From: Acidobacteriota bacterium
GTDB taxonomy: Bacteria; Acidobacteriota; Terriglobia; Acidiferrales; UBA7541
NCBI GenBank assembly: GCA_003224145.1
Contig: QHYN01000203.1
Coordinates: 11,201 to 75,200 of the forward strand
Reading direction: 5' to 3'
Length of the DNA stretch: 64,000 nucleotides
Below, one piece after another: positions 1 through 8,778 of the stretch. Positions within the stretch are counted from its first letter, which is position 1; the number at the start of each line of letters is the position of its first letter. A model generated the notes under the pieces. The model ran no database searches. It had not been told where the DNA came from and saw only the letters and a list, made by a program, of their open reading frames with translations. The position numbers were made by a program, and so were the translations under genes.

Positions 1-6
1 GAACGC

Positions 7-249
7 ATGGCAAGCGCGCAGCGGGCACCTCGGGACATACTTCTTCAAACAGACGCCGAGTATCAGCGTCTGGCAGAGCAGCACCGGCAATACGAAGCAG
101 AACTTCAAAAAATCTCCAAGTCGCCCTACCTGAGTTCAGAAGACCTCCTGGAAGAAATCAAGCTGAAAAAGATGAAGCTCCACTGCAAAGATGAGATGGA
201 GCGAATTGCTGCGCGCCTGCTGCGAGAGAAGGCGCACTACACGCAATAG
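7..249 (+). CDS. DUF465/YdcH-family small coiled-coil protein
   Basis: 80 aa. Pattern 'YQRLAEQHRQYEAEL...EEIKLKKMKLHCKDEM' resembles the DUF465 H...LKKxKLxxKD motif. Confidence 0.7.
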   Translation: MASAQRAPRDILLQTDAEYQRLAEQHRQYEAELQKISKSPYLSSEDLLEEIKLKKMKLHCKDEMERIAARLLREKAHYTQ

Positions 250-344
250 CGGCTTTCCACGAAGCCAAACTGTCGTAGAATGACCATGCGTCGCTCGCGC
301 CACTGGCGTTGCGAGCGGAAACGCGGGGAACTATTTCAGCAAGC

Positions 345-1037
345 ATGGTCAAAGAAGGCTATACCTTTGGAGTGCCGCCGCTGGTGCTGGGCGGTGTTGG
401 CTTTTTGCTGCATTGGTATGTAGCAGCAAGCGTGCTGGTATTTCTCGCCGCGTTCGTTTTCTCCTTCTTTCGCGATCCGGAGCGCATCATTCCTGCGGGA
501 CCTGGCACCGTGGTGTCCCCGGCAGACGGGCGTGTCGTTGTGGTGACGGACGAGGATAATGCAGGACGTGTGGGCCAACGCGTGAGCATCTTCCTGGCGA
601 TCTGGAATGTACACGTGAACCGTTCGCCCGCGGCAGGGATCATTACGGCCTTGGAATACCGGCCGGGAAAATTTCTGGCGGCGATGCGGGAACGGGCTTC
701 GCTCGAGAATGAACAGAACGTCTTTACGCTTTCCACGGATGCAGGTGAAATAGTGTTCAAGCAGATTGCAGGACTCATCGCGCGGCGAGTAGTCTCTTGG
801 AAGAAAGCGGGAGAACAGGTGGCGCGAGGAGAGCGAATAGGACTGGTTCGATTCGGATCCCGCGTGGATATATGGCTGCCGCGAGAAGCGGAGATTCTGG
901 TGAAGGTGGGAGAGAATGTGAAGGGCGGTTCCAGCGTGCTGGCGCGCTGGCAGGCAAAACCAGGGGGGCAGAAACAGAGCGCAACAAGCACGGCAGTGAT
1001 GGACGAAAATCTGACTGCGACAGGAAAACGGCCGTAA
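345..1037 (+). CDS. psd: Phosphatidylserine decarboxylase proenzyme (short type)
   Basis: Motifs FFRDPER, SPADG, HVNRSP and RFGSRVD (GS autocleavage site). ATG at 345 preferred to the ORF-track start 309. Adjacent to pssA. Confidence 0.92.
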   Translation: MVKEGYTFGVPPLVLGGVGFLLHWYVAASVLVFLAAFVFSFFRDPERIIPAGPGTVVSPADGRVVVVTDEDNAGRVGQRVSIFLAIWNVHVNRSPAAGIITALEYRPGKFLAAMRERASLENEQNVFTLSTDAGEIVFKQIAGLIARRVVSWKKAGEQVARGERIGLVRFGSRVDIWLPREAEILVKVGENVKGGSSVLARWQAKPGGQKQSATSTAVMDENLTATGKRP

Positions 1038-1039
1038 CC

Positions 1040-1861
1040 ATGCCAGATCTCGAACAGCACGAAATACCGTTTGAGGAGCGGCGCTTCAGGAATCCTCGAC
1101 TTCGACGGGGAATCTTTCTAATTCCCAGTATCTTTACGGTCGCCAATTTGTTGTGCGGCTATTACGCGGTCGTAGCGTCGCAGCTCGGGGGCAGCGAAAA
1201 TTTTGACCACGCGGCGAGGGCCATTGGCTTTGCCATCCTGTTTGATTCGCTCGATGGAAGACTGGCGCGGCTCCTGAAAGCGAACACGGAGTTCGGCGTG
1301 CAGTTTGACTCCCTTGCGGACATGGTGAGCTTTGGGATCGCGCCCGCGGTGCTGGCGTATGCCTGGGGAGTAAGGAGTTTGCCGGGCGATGGTGCTTTGG
1401 CCTTCCACGAGATTGGCCAGTTTGGCTGGATTTGCTGCCTTGCGTTTGTGATTTGCTGCGCGTGGAGGCTGGCGCGCTTCAATGTGCAAGGGATGGCCCC
1501 GGGCGGGTCGAAGTTTTTCGTGGGCATGCCGACGCCTGCGGCGGCGGGCGTAATTGCCGCGCTGGTGCACGGATTCAAGCAGCCGTTGCATGACTGGCGA
1601 TGGTCGGTGGCTTGGTTTTTGCTCGCAGCGGGGCTCGGGGCATTGATGACCAGCACGATCCGCTACTCCAGCTTTAAGGATGTTCCTTTGACACGAAAGC
1701 AGCCTTCGCTCGCGATTGTGCTGCTGTGCCTGATTGTGGGAGTGATTTACGTCTACTCGGAGTATGCATTGGTGATCTTGGCGTGCTCCTATGCGGCAGT
1801 TGGGGTAGGGCTGCATCTGGTGCGCTTCGTGCGGCACCGTCTGGTTTCGCGGACCGCGTGA
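1040..1861 (+). CDS. pssA: CDP-diacylglycerol--serine O-phosphatidyltransferase
   Basis: CDP-alcohol phosphotransferase motif DSLDGRLAR...G VQFDSLADMVSFG; polytopic membrane protein. ATG at 1040 follows the psd stop. Confidence 0.92.
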   Translation: MPDLEQHEIPFEERRFRNPRLRRGIFLIPSIFTVANLLCGYYAVVASQLGGSENFDHAARAIGFAILFDSLDGRLARLLKANTEFGVQFDSLADMVSFGIAPAVLAYAWGVRSLPGDGALAFHEIGQFGWICCLAFVICCAWRLARFNVQGMAPGGSKFFVGMPTPAAAGVIAALVHGFKQPLHDWRWSVAWFLLAAGLGALMTSTIRYSSFKDVPLTRKQPSLAIVLLCLIVGVIYVYSEYALVILACSYAAVGVGLHLVRFVRHRLVSRTA

Positions 1862-1864
1862 TTC

Positions 1865-2872
1865 ATGCCTTCATTCGAACGGGAATCCCAAAGGATTGTG
1901 ATAGCAGGTGCGTCTTCGCTGCTCGGTGCGGAGCTGAAATCACTGCTGGAAGAAAGCCGGTTCGCCGCGTACGATTTTCGGCTGGTGGACGAAGAATTGG
2001 CGGCTGGAACGCTAACGGAGGCGGGCGGAGAGCCGGCGGTGATTCAGCCGGTAGAAGAGGGAAGCTTCGAAAAAGCGCGATTCGTCTTCTTTACGGGCTC
2101 GGCTGAATTTACAAAGACCAACCTGGCGGCGGCGAAACGCGCGGGCGGAAAAATCATCGACCTTTCGGGCGCGCTCGCGCTCCAGAGCGCGGCAACGGCG
2201 TGGTTTCCGAAACTCGATGAACTGCTGGGGCGTAATTTTCCGGCGGATGCACCGGCTTACGCGATTCCTTCGGCGGCGGGGACCGCGGCGGCCATGTTGA
2301 CGCTGGCACTTTCAAAATGCGGCGCACGGAGATTAACGTTCGAATGGTTTCAGCCGGTTTCCGAGGCGGGACGCGCGGGAATTGAAGAGCTGGAGAGCCA
2401 GACTGGGCAACTATTGTCGTTTCACAGCGTGGGGCAACCGGTGTTTGACGTGCAAATTGCCTTCAACATGCTGGACCGGTATGGTTCAGCGAGCCGGCAG
2501 AAACTCGAAGCGGTTCGTGAACGGGTGCGGTCGGAGACGAAAGCTTGCGCGGGAACGAGCATGGTCATGCCATCGATTCAGGTGATTCACGCGCCGGTCT
2601 TTTATGGGACGACGTTTTCCGCCTGCGTGGAGCTAGAGCGGGGCGCCGATGCCGGAAAAATCGCAAAGACTTGCGGCGATGCTGGGTTCGCGCTTCACGC
2701 GCCGGGAGAAACGGGGCCGAATAACGTCAGCGCCGCAGGCGAGAAGGTGGTTCAACTGGCAGCGCCGGAAGCGGATTCCGCGCATCCGGGGACGTGGTGG
2801 TTTTGGGGAGCAGCGGACAATATTCGTTTGCCGGCAGCAAATGCCGTGAAATTGGCGGAGACGCTGGCGTGA
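1865..2872 (+). CDS. Aspartate-semialdehyde dehydrogenase-like (Usg-like) protein, probably non-catalytic
   Basis: Rossmann start IVIAGASSLLG and Asd-like segments FQPVSEAG, IAFN, APVFYG, ADNIRLPAANAV. Catalytic Cys and His positions are replaced. Confidence 0.75.
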   Translation: MPSFERESQRIVIAGASSLLGAELKSLLEESRFAAYDFRLVDEELAAGTLTEAGGEPAVIQPVEEGSFEKARFVFFTGSAEFTKTNLAAAKRAGGKIIDLSGALALQSAATAWFPKLDELLGRNFPADAPAYAIPSAAGTAAAMLTLALSKCGARRLTFEWFQPVSEAGRAGIEELESQTGQLLSFHSVGQPVFDVQIAFNMLDRYGSASRQKLEAVRERVRSETKACAGTSMVMPSIQVIHAPVFYGTTFSACVELERGADAGKIAKTCGDAGFALHAPGETGPNNVSAAGEKVVQLAAPEADSAHPGTWWFWGAADNIRLPAANAVKLAETLA

Positions 2873-3393
2873 GGATACGACGAATTTTATTCCCGATGCT
2901 GGTGACGACCGCGCTGCTGGACGGGTGCGGCTACCACGTAGCGGGGAAGAGCGACTCGCTGCCGAGGAATATTCACGTGATTGCGGTGCCCGCCATGGAG
3001 AACAAGACCACCAGCTACCGGATTGAGCAGAGGTTGACAACAGCGACGGTGCATGAGTTTTTGGCGAAGACGCCGTATCGTGTCGTACCTGACCCAGCGA
3101 ACGGAGACGCGGTGCTGCGCGGGAAAGTGCTGAACCTGGAGGCGGTACCGTTGCTGTTTGACACCAAGACAGGCCGCGCGACGACCATGCTGATCACCGT
3201 GAAGTGCGAGGTCACTTTGGAAGAGCGCGAGAGCGGAAAGATTCTCTATCACACGGATAATTTCTTGTTCCGCAATGAGTACGAGCTATCGACGGATGTG
3301 AAGAGCTTTTTCGAGGAGCAGGATCCGGCGCTCGACCGCTTGGCGCAGGATTTTGCGGCCCGGCTGGTGGCCGCGGTAACGGAGAATTATTGA
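2869..3393 (+). CDS. lptE: LPS-assembly lipoprotein LptE family
   Basis: Lipobox LDG-C followed by GY; LptE-like beta-strand pattern; located directly upstream of holA as in many Gram-negatives. GTG at 2869 overlaps the upstream stop. Confidence 0.75.
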   Translation: MRIRRILFPMLVTTALLDGCGYHVAGKSDSLPRNIHVIAVPAMENKTTSYRIEQRLTTATVHEFLAKTPYRVVPDPANGDAVLRGKVLNLEAVPLLFDTKTGRATTMLITVKCEVTLEERESGKILYHTDNFLFRNEYELSTDVKSFFEEQDPALDRLAQDFAARLVAAVTENY

Positions 3394-4433
3394 TGGCGCG
3401 GGTTTCGCAACGGGAATTTCTGGCGCGGCTGGAAAAAGGGAAAGCGATCCCGGCGATTCTTCTGCTGGGCGACGAGCCCTATTTGCGCGATAGCTGCCGC
3501 GCGCATTTGATGGAGCGATTTGTGCCGGAAGCGGCACGCGTGTGGGCCGTTTCCCGCTATTCGGCGGGCCGCGGAGAAACACAGGCGGCGCTTGAGCAGG
3601 CGCAGACCATGGCCATGCTCTCACCGCAGCAACTGGTTTTTCTCGAAGATGCGGAAGCAATCGAAAAGCTGGGAGAAAAAAGCAGGGAAGAAGCCGCGGC
3701 GCAGCTGGCAGCCTATCTAGAGGACCCGGCGCCGTTTACGGTGCTGGTGGTGGAAGCAACGGGACTGGACCAACGCATGAAACTGGGCAAGCTGCTGGCA
3801 GAGAAAACGCTGGTCGTGAACTGCGGGCTGGGAGAGCAGGCCGATGAACGATTGGCCGCTGCGGTGTTGATGGCGCGGGCGATTGCGAAAGAGCAAGGTG
3901 TGGAGTTCGAGAAAGGCGCTGCTGAGGATTTGTCGGAATTTGTGGGCGCGGATCTGATGCGGCTGAAAACAGAAATCGATAAACTGGCGACGTATGCAGC
4001 GGAGAGGAAACTGATCCGGCGGGCGGACGTGAGCGCGCTGGTCGTTTCGGAGAAGACGACAACCGTCTGGGAACTGGCGGACTTGCTGGCATCGAGCCAG
4101 GGAAAGCAGGCGCTGGAGTTTCTGGATCGATTGCTGCGCGAGGGCGAAGAGCCGCTGCAGATGCTGGGCGCGATCACTTGGATGTATCGCAAGCTCATCG
4201 AGGCGAGCGAAGTGAAAGGCGTCGCGAACGGATGGCAGGCAGCGCGAGCCTTGGGGATGCGGCCGGAACAGGCGGAAGTGGCGTTGCAAAGCGCGCGGAA
4301 AATCTCGAAGCCGCGCTTGCTCGGAGCGTTGGGAGCGCTGCGTCGCGCCGATGACCGGCTGAAGGGCGGCACGGAAGATGCGCGCACCGTGATGGAGTTT
4401 CTGGTGACGGAACTAACGAGCCAAGCGGCGTAG
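3390..4433 (+). CDS. holA: DNA polymerase III subunit delta
   Basis: LLLGDEPYL, EIDKLATY and VWELAD motifs; 347 aa; lptE-holA-rpsT neighbourhood. Confidence 0.9.
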   Translation: MMARVSQREFLARLEKGKAIPAILLLGDEPYLRDSCRAHLMERFVPEAARVWAVSRYSAGRGETQAALEQAQTMAMLSPQQLVFLEDAEAIEKLGEKSREEAAAQLAAYLEDPAPFTVLVVEATGLDQRMKLGKLLAEKTLVVNCGLGEQADERLAAAVLMARAIAKEQGVEFEKGAAEDLSEFVGADLMRLKTEIDKLATYAAERKLIRRADVSALVVSEKTTTVWELADLLASSQGKQALEFLDRLLREGEEPLQMLGAITWMYRKLIEASEVKGVANGWQAARALGMRPEQAEVALQSARKISKPRLLGALGALRRADDRLKGGTEDARTVMEFLVTELTSQAA

Positions 4434-4473
4434 ACGATCCCGGTTGCTTCACTCGGACCGAACGGCGCGCGTC

Positions 4474-5100
4474 TTAGACGGTTTGATCGGACAGCGCGAT
4501 TTCGTAGTGGCGGACGCGGCGATCGAAATTCGTAAGCAAAGCAGCGGCTTCCGGAGCGACGACAGCGGCTTCGAGGTCTGGCCCCGCAAAATTTTGGATG
4601 GACTCCAGCGAACGCCAGGAAGTCGCGACCAGAATCTCAACCTCGTTGCCGAGGTGACGAATGAAGACGGTGGCTCCGAGATAGCCATTCACGGGGCGCA
4701 ACCCCGGCAGAACATTTTTCGAAAAGTGGTCCAGATACTTTGGCAACTGGCTTTCGCTCGTGCGCGCAGACCAGTGCCGCAGAATGGCTCCGGCATCGCC
4801 AGCGGCAGAGTGAGGAGGGGGTTCGTGCCCAACGACCACTTTCCATGGCCGCACTTCCCATTTCTTGACCAGGCCGTTCACCACGTAAGGGTCTTTGCGC
4901 GCAAAGTCTTCGACCTTGCTCTTCTCGTCGGTGCGAAAAACGAGCAAGGCGCGATCAACGGGTTCCGCGAAAGCGCCCGCGAGAACCAGCTCTCCCCGCT
5001 CGCGCACCTCTCGGGCGACACGCAAATGCTGCTCGCGGTATTCCGCCCGGCGCGCGACATAATCGTCCACCACTTCATAAATCAGGGCGTAGTAGTTCAC
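4474..5100 (-). CDS. YciI-like domain fused to an antibiotic-biosynthesis-monooxygenase-like domain
   Basis: N half 'RRAEYREQHL...GELVLAGAF...DPYV' is YciI-like. C half 'ILRHWSAR...GYLG...VATSWRSLESIQNFAG' is ABM-like. Confidence 0.7.
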   Translation of the reverse strand: MNYYALIYEVVDDYVARRAEYREQHLRVAREVRERGELVLAGAFAEPVDRALLVFRTDEKSKVEDFARKDPYVVNGLVKKWEVRPWKVVVGHEPPPHSAAGDAGAILRHWSARTSESQLPKYLDHFSKNVLPGLRPVNGYLGATVFIRHLGNEVEILVATSWRSLESIQNFAGPDLEAAVVAPEAAALLTNFDRRVRHYEIALSDQTV

Positions 5101-5181
5101 TGGGTCACTCCTACTTCACAAACAAGAAAGGCGGCCACAGGCCGCCCGTGTCGTTGAAAACCTTTGGTAGAAGGATCGAAA

Positions 5182-5487
5182 CTACTTCGCGGCCTTCGCT
5201 TTGACCGCGTTGTAGGCCAGGGTGAGCCGCGATTTGTAACGGTTGGCGGTATTCTCATGGAGCACGCCTTTGGTAATGGCCTGGTCAATCGCGGATATGG
5301 TGGGTTGAAGAAGGTTGCCGGCGGCGGTTGGGTCGCCTGCGGTGATGGCTGTGCGCAGACGCCGCATCAACGTCCGGACCCGGGTGCGGTTGGCGCGGTT
5401 GACTTCGGCACGTTGACGAGCTTGCGCTGCGCGCTTCAAAACCGACTTTTTCTTCTTTTTAAGTTTGGTAGGCTGTCCCTGGGCCAT
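5182..5487 (-). CDS. rpsT: 30S ribosomal protein S20
   Basis: KRAAQ...N...RTRVRT, AIDQAITKGVLHENTANRYKSRL; basic, 101 aa. Confidence 0.95.
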   Translation of the reverse strand: MAQGQPTKLKKKKKSVLKRAAQARQRAEVNRANRTRVRTLMRRLRTAITAGDPTAAGNLLQPTISAIDQAITKGVLHENTANRYKSRLTLAYNAVKAKAAK

Positions 5488-5521
5488 CTATTGCTCCTTT
5501 TAGGTATCGCTCAAACTTCTA

Positions 5522-5550
5522 ACGTTAAACGAGGCTTACAGCTTTGTCAA
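5522..5550 (-). promoter_or_regulatory. Sigma70-type promoter for rpsT
   Basis: Minus strand reads TTGACA-17 nt-TAACGT, ending 35 nt before the rpsT ATG. Confidence 0.6.
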
Positions 5551-5582
5551 ACGACGTAAAAGATCCTGCTCCCGCTAGGCCG

Positions 5583-7136
5583 ATGTCACCGCAACCGCCG
5601 TGCCCGCCGATTGCCGCGGCAGGGAGCGTCGGCCCGGGAGCGCGTCCGAAGCAACCCAATAAGCGCGATGAGTTGCGGCTGCTGATCAATTCGCGCCATC
5701 CAGTCATCACCGTGGAAACTCCCGAAGAAGAGCGGCTCGAAGCGCTGTTGTTCGACGTGGCAACAGAGCTGGGCGTGCCGCTGTATGAATGGAGCGTCAC
5801 GACAGGGCTGGCAAAAGCGCATGGGGCGCCGCTGTACAACACCGACAATCCAGAGCAGGCACTTGCGAACATCACGCTGATTCAGGGCGATGGGATTTTT
5901 TTACTGAAAGATTTCGCGCGCTACTGCGACAACGACAAAATTTGCCGGCGGCTGCGGGATTTGGCGGAGAAGTTTCGAACCGTGCGGCGGTCGATTGTGC
6001 TCACAGCGGCGAAAATGGAACTGCCCGCGGACCTGGAAGCCGATGCCATGCCTTTTCAGTTGGGGTTGCCAGCTGCGGAAGACCTATTGCCGGGCGTGAA
6101 GCAGGTGCTGGCGGAACTGAAGCGCGAGCAGCGTATCCCCATCTCGCTCGATGCGGGCGCGATGCGGCAACTGGCTCAGAATCTGGTGGGATTGCCGGAA
6201 GAAGAAGCGCTGCGGGCGCTTCGAAAGAGTGCGCTCCAGCGAGGAAAGGCCGACGCGGGATTGCTCGATGCGGTGTTGGAAACAAAACGCGAAACGCTGA
6301 AGACCGAAGGACTGATCGAGACGGTGCGGCACGATGCTTCGTTCAGCGACGTGGCGGGATTGCGGCGCCTCCGTGATTGGATTGGGAAAAGGAAGAGCGC
6401 GTTAACGCCAGAGGGGCAACGCTTCGGGCTGGTGCCGCCGAAGGGCGTGCTCATCACCGGGGTGCAGGGTTGCGGGAAAAGCCTGGCGGCGCGCGCCGTG
6501 GCAGGCGAGTGGGGATTCGAGCTGGCGCGGCTGGATGCGGGCGCGCTGTATGACAAATATGTAGGTGAGAGCGAGCGGCGGCTGCACAAGGCACTTGAAC
6601 TGGCGCAGAAGCTGGTGCCGCTGGTGCTCTGGATTGATGAGATTGAAAAAGCATTTGCATCGGCGGGATCCAGCGGCGATGCGGATGCGGGGCTTTCACA
6701 GCGATTACTGGCGACGTTGCTGACCTGGATGCAGGACCGCGAGAGCGGCGTGTTCCTGGCCGCGACGTCGAATAACATCACCGTGCTGCCTCCGGAAATG
6801 CTGCGCAAGGGGCGGTTCGACGAAATTTTCTTTGTGGACTTGCCGAACGCGGAGATTCGCGCTGCGCTGTTTGCGCTGCACCTGAAAAAGCGCGGGCGTG
6901 ACGCGGCTGGATTCGACCTGGCGAAATTGGCCGGAGCGAGCGAAGGATTCTCGGGTGCCGAGATTGAGCAGGCCATCGTGTCCGGACTCTACACGGCGTT
7001 CAACGCGAAGCAGCAGCTCAACACGGAGATTTTGATCGCAGAGATTCAGAGCACACAGCCGCTCAGCGTGACGCGCGCGGAAGAAGTGCAAGCGATTCGC
7101 GAATGGGCCAAGACGCGCGCAGTGGCTGCGGATTAA
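5583..7136 (+). CDS. Ycf46-like AAA+ ATPase
   Basis: Walker A GVQGCGKS, Walker B LWIDEIEK, SRH LRKGRFDEIFFVDLP; degenerate N-terminal AAA-like half. ATG 5583 preferred because TTG 5544 lies inside the rpsT -35 box. Confidence 0.85.
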   Translation: MSPQPPCPPIAAAGSVGPGARPKQPNKRDELRLLINSRHPVITVETPEEERLEALLFDVATELGVPLYEWSVTTGLAKAHGAPLYNTDNPEQALANITLIQGDGIFLLKDFARYCDNDKICRRLRDLAEKFRTVRRSIVLTAAKMELPADLEADAMPFQLGLPAAEDLLPGVKQVLAELKREQRIPISLDAGAMRQLAQNLVGLPEEEALRALRKSALQRGKADAGLLDAVLETKRETLKTEGLIETVRHDASFSDVAGLRRLRDWIGKRKSALTPEGQRFGLVPPKGVLITGVQGCGKSLAARAVAGEWGFELARLDAGALYDKYVGESERRLHKALELAQKLVPLVLWIDEIEKAFASAGSSGDADAGLSQRLLATLLTWMQDRESGVFLAATSNNITVLPPEMLRKGRFDEIFFVDLPNAEIRAALFALHLKKRGRDAAGFDLAKLAGASEGFSGAEIEQAIVSGLYTAFNAKQQLNTEILIAEIQSTQPLSVTRAEEVQAIREWAKTRAVAAD

Positions 7137-7276
7137 GCCAGCGAAACTTGACCGCAACGCAGTGCTGCGCTAGGGTGTAAAGAGTTTCCCCGGAGCGGGC
7201 TGCGAAGCGGCCACGCGTAACGAGGAGGAATCCCATCGGCCAGCCGGCTCCCGTAACACGAAGACCTTCCAATTGG

Positions 7277-8326
7277 ATGCGACGTACCGTTCACATTTCC
7301 GGACAAATTGAACCCTTCTTCGGCACGCTGGATGAAAACGTGCGCTTGCTCGAGGATTCGCTGCAAGTGCGCACACATCTTCACGACACTCGCCTGGTCA
7401 TCGAAGGCGAGCAGGACAGCGTGGATCAGGCGGTGAAAATCATTGAGGAGTACAACCATCTGACACGGCACGGCCGGAAGCTTTCCGCCGCGGAAGTGAA
7501 GTCGCTGATGCGTGTGGCCACCGAAGAGCCGCACGAGTCGCCGCGCGGGATGTTTGAACACGGGCGCATGCGGTCGTTCGGCAAGAAACAGGTGACGCCA
7601 AAAGGTGCGAACCAGGGCCGCTACATGGAAGAAATTGAGAAGTACGACATGGTCTTTGCCATTGGGCCCGGCGGAACGGGGAAAACGTACCTCGCTGTGG
7701 CCATGGCCGTGAGCGCGTTGCTGACCAAGCAGGTGAACCGCATCATCCTCGCGCGGCCGGCGGTGGAAGCAGGCGAGCGGCTCGGATTTTTGCCGGGCAC
7801 GCTGCAGCAGAAGATTGACCCCTACATGCGGCCGCTCTACGACGCGCTGTACGATATGCTGGACGCGGACAAGCTGGAGCGCTTTCTGGAAAAAGGCATC
7901 ATCGAAGTGGCGCCCCTGGCGTTCATGCGCGGGCGCACGCTGAACGACTCCTTTGTGATTCTGGACGAGGCGCAGAACACCACCAGTGAGCAAATGAAAA
8001 TGTTCCTGACGCGGCTGGGGTTTAATTCGAAGGCGGTCATTACCGGCGACATCACGCAGATCGATTTGCCGCAGGGGAAAAAGAGCGGTTTGATCGAAGC
8101 GCTGGAAGTCTGCGGGAAGATCGAGGGCATCGGCGTGGTGCAGTTCGGAGAAAAGGATGTGGTGCGTCACAACTTGGTGCAGCAAATTATTCGCGCCTAC
8201 GAAGATTTTGAGGCGGTGCATCCGCAGCGCGGAACCAACGCCAACGGAAAAACGGTGACCGCGCCCAAGCAATCAGGGCCCAGAGAGTCTGCGAAAGAGC
8301 CAGGGCAAGAAACCCAGCAAGGATGA
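7277..8326 (+). CDS. phoH: PhoH-family ATPase
   Basis: [29 protein letters not shown] and DEAQN motifs. Confidence 0.93.
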   Translation: MRRTVHISGQIEPFFGTLDENVRLLEDSLQVRTHLHDTRLVIEGEQDSVDQAVKIIEEYNHLTRHGRKLSAAEVKSLMRVATEEPHESPRGMFEHGRMRSFGKKQVTPKGANQGRYMEEIEKYDMVFAIGPGGTGKTYLAVAMAVSALLTKQVNRIILARPAVEAGERLGFLPGTLQQKIDPYMRPLYDALYDMLDADKLERFLEKGIIEVAPLAFMRGRTLNDSFVILDEAQNTTSEQMKMFLTRLGFNSKAVITGDITQIDLPQGKKSGLIEALEVCGKIEGIGVVQFGEKDVVRHNLVQQIIRAYEDFEAVHPQRGTNANGKTVTAPKQSGPRESAKEPGQETQQG

Positions 8327-8778
8327 TTCTGAACCGGCAGCATGAGGTGCTCGTGGCGCGGGGACCCTTGGAGTCGTTCTTGCGCCGGGTGAAGAGGGAA
8401 CTCGGCCTGAAACAATCGGACGTGACGGTCTGCCTGGTGAGCGACGCGGCGATGGCACGCTTGAACCAGAACTTTCGCATGAAAAAAGGGCCGACCGATG
8501 TGCTTTCGTTTCCAAGCGTGACCCGGCGCAGACCGGTGCGGCTGGGACGAAGATCGCGCCCGGCGAATTCTGGCCAGCAAGAATACCTGGGAGACATTGC
8601 CATTTCACCGGCGGCGGCGCGGCGGTACGCGAGCAAACATGAGCGAAAAATTGCGAAGGAACTTCGCGTGCTGATCCTCCACGGCGTTTTGCACCTGCTG
8701 GGCTACGACCACGAAACCGACCAAGGCGAGATGGATAAGGTCGAGCAAAAGCTGCGCAAGCGTTTCGGATTGACCTAA
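8323..8778 (+). CDS. ybeY: rRNA maturation endoribonuclease YbeY
   Basis: PTDVLSF, LGDIAIS and HGVLHLLGYDH (H3xH5xH) motifs. Confidence 0.95.
   Translation: MILNRQHEVLVARGPLESFLRRVKRELGLKQSDVTVCLVSDAAMARLNQNFRMKKGPTDVLSFPSVTRRRPVRLGRRSRPANSGQQEYLGDIAISPAAARRYASKHERKIAKELRVLILHGVLHLLGYDHETDQGEMDKVEQKLRKRFGLT

Noticed and set aside
4444-5157. 237-aa plus-strand ORF
   Set aside because: Antisense to the YciI/ABM-like gene, which has recognisable motifs; no family features of its own.
7133-8272. 379-aa minus-strand ORF, and similar long antisense ORFs over era, pilB, tatC, nadB and others
   Set aside because: Typical stop-poor antisense frames of GC-rich coding DNA lying opposite well-supported genes.
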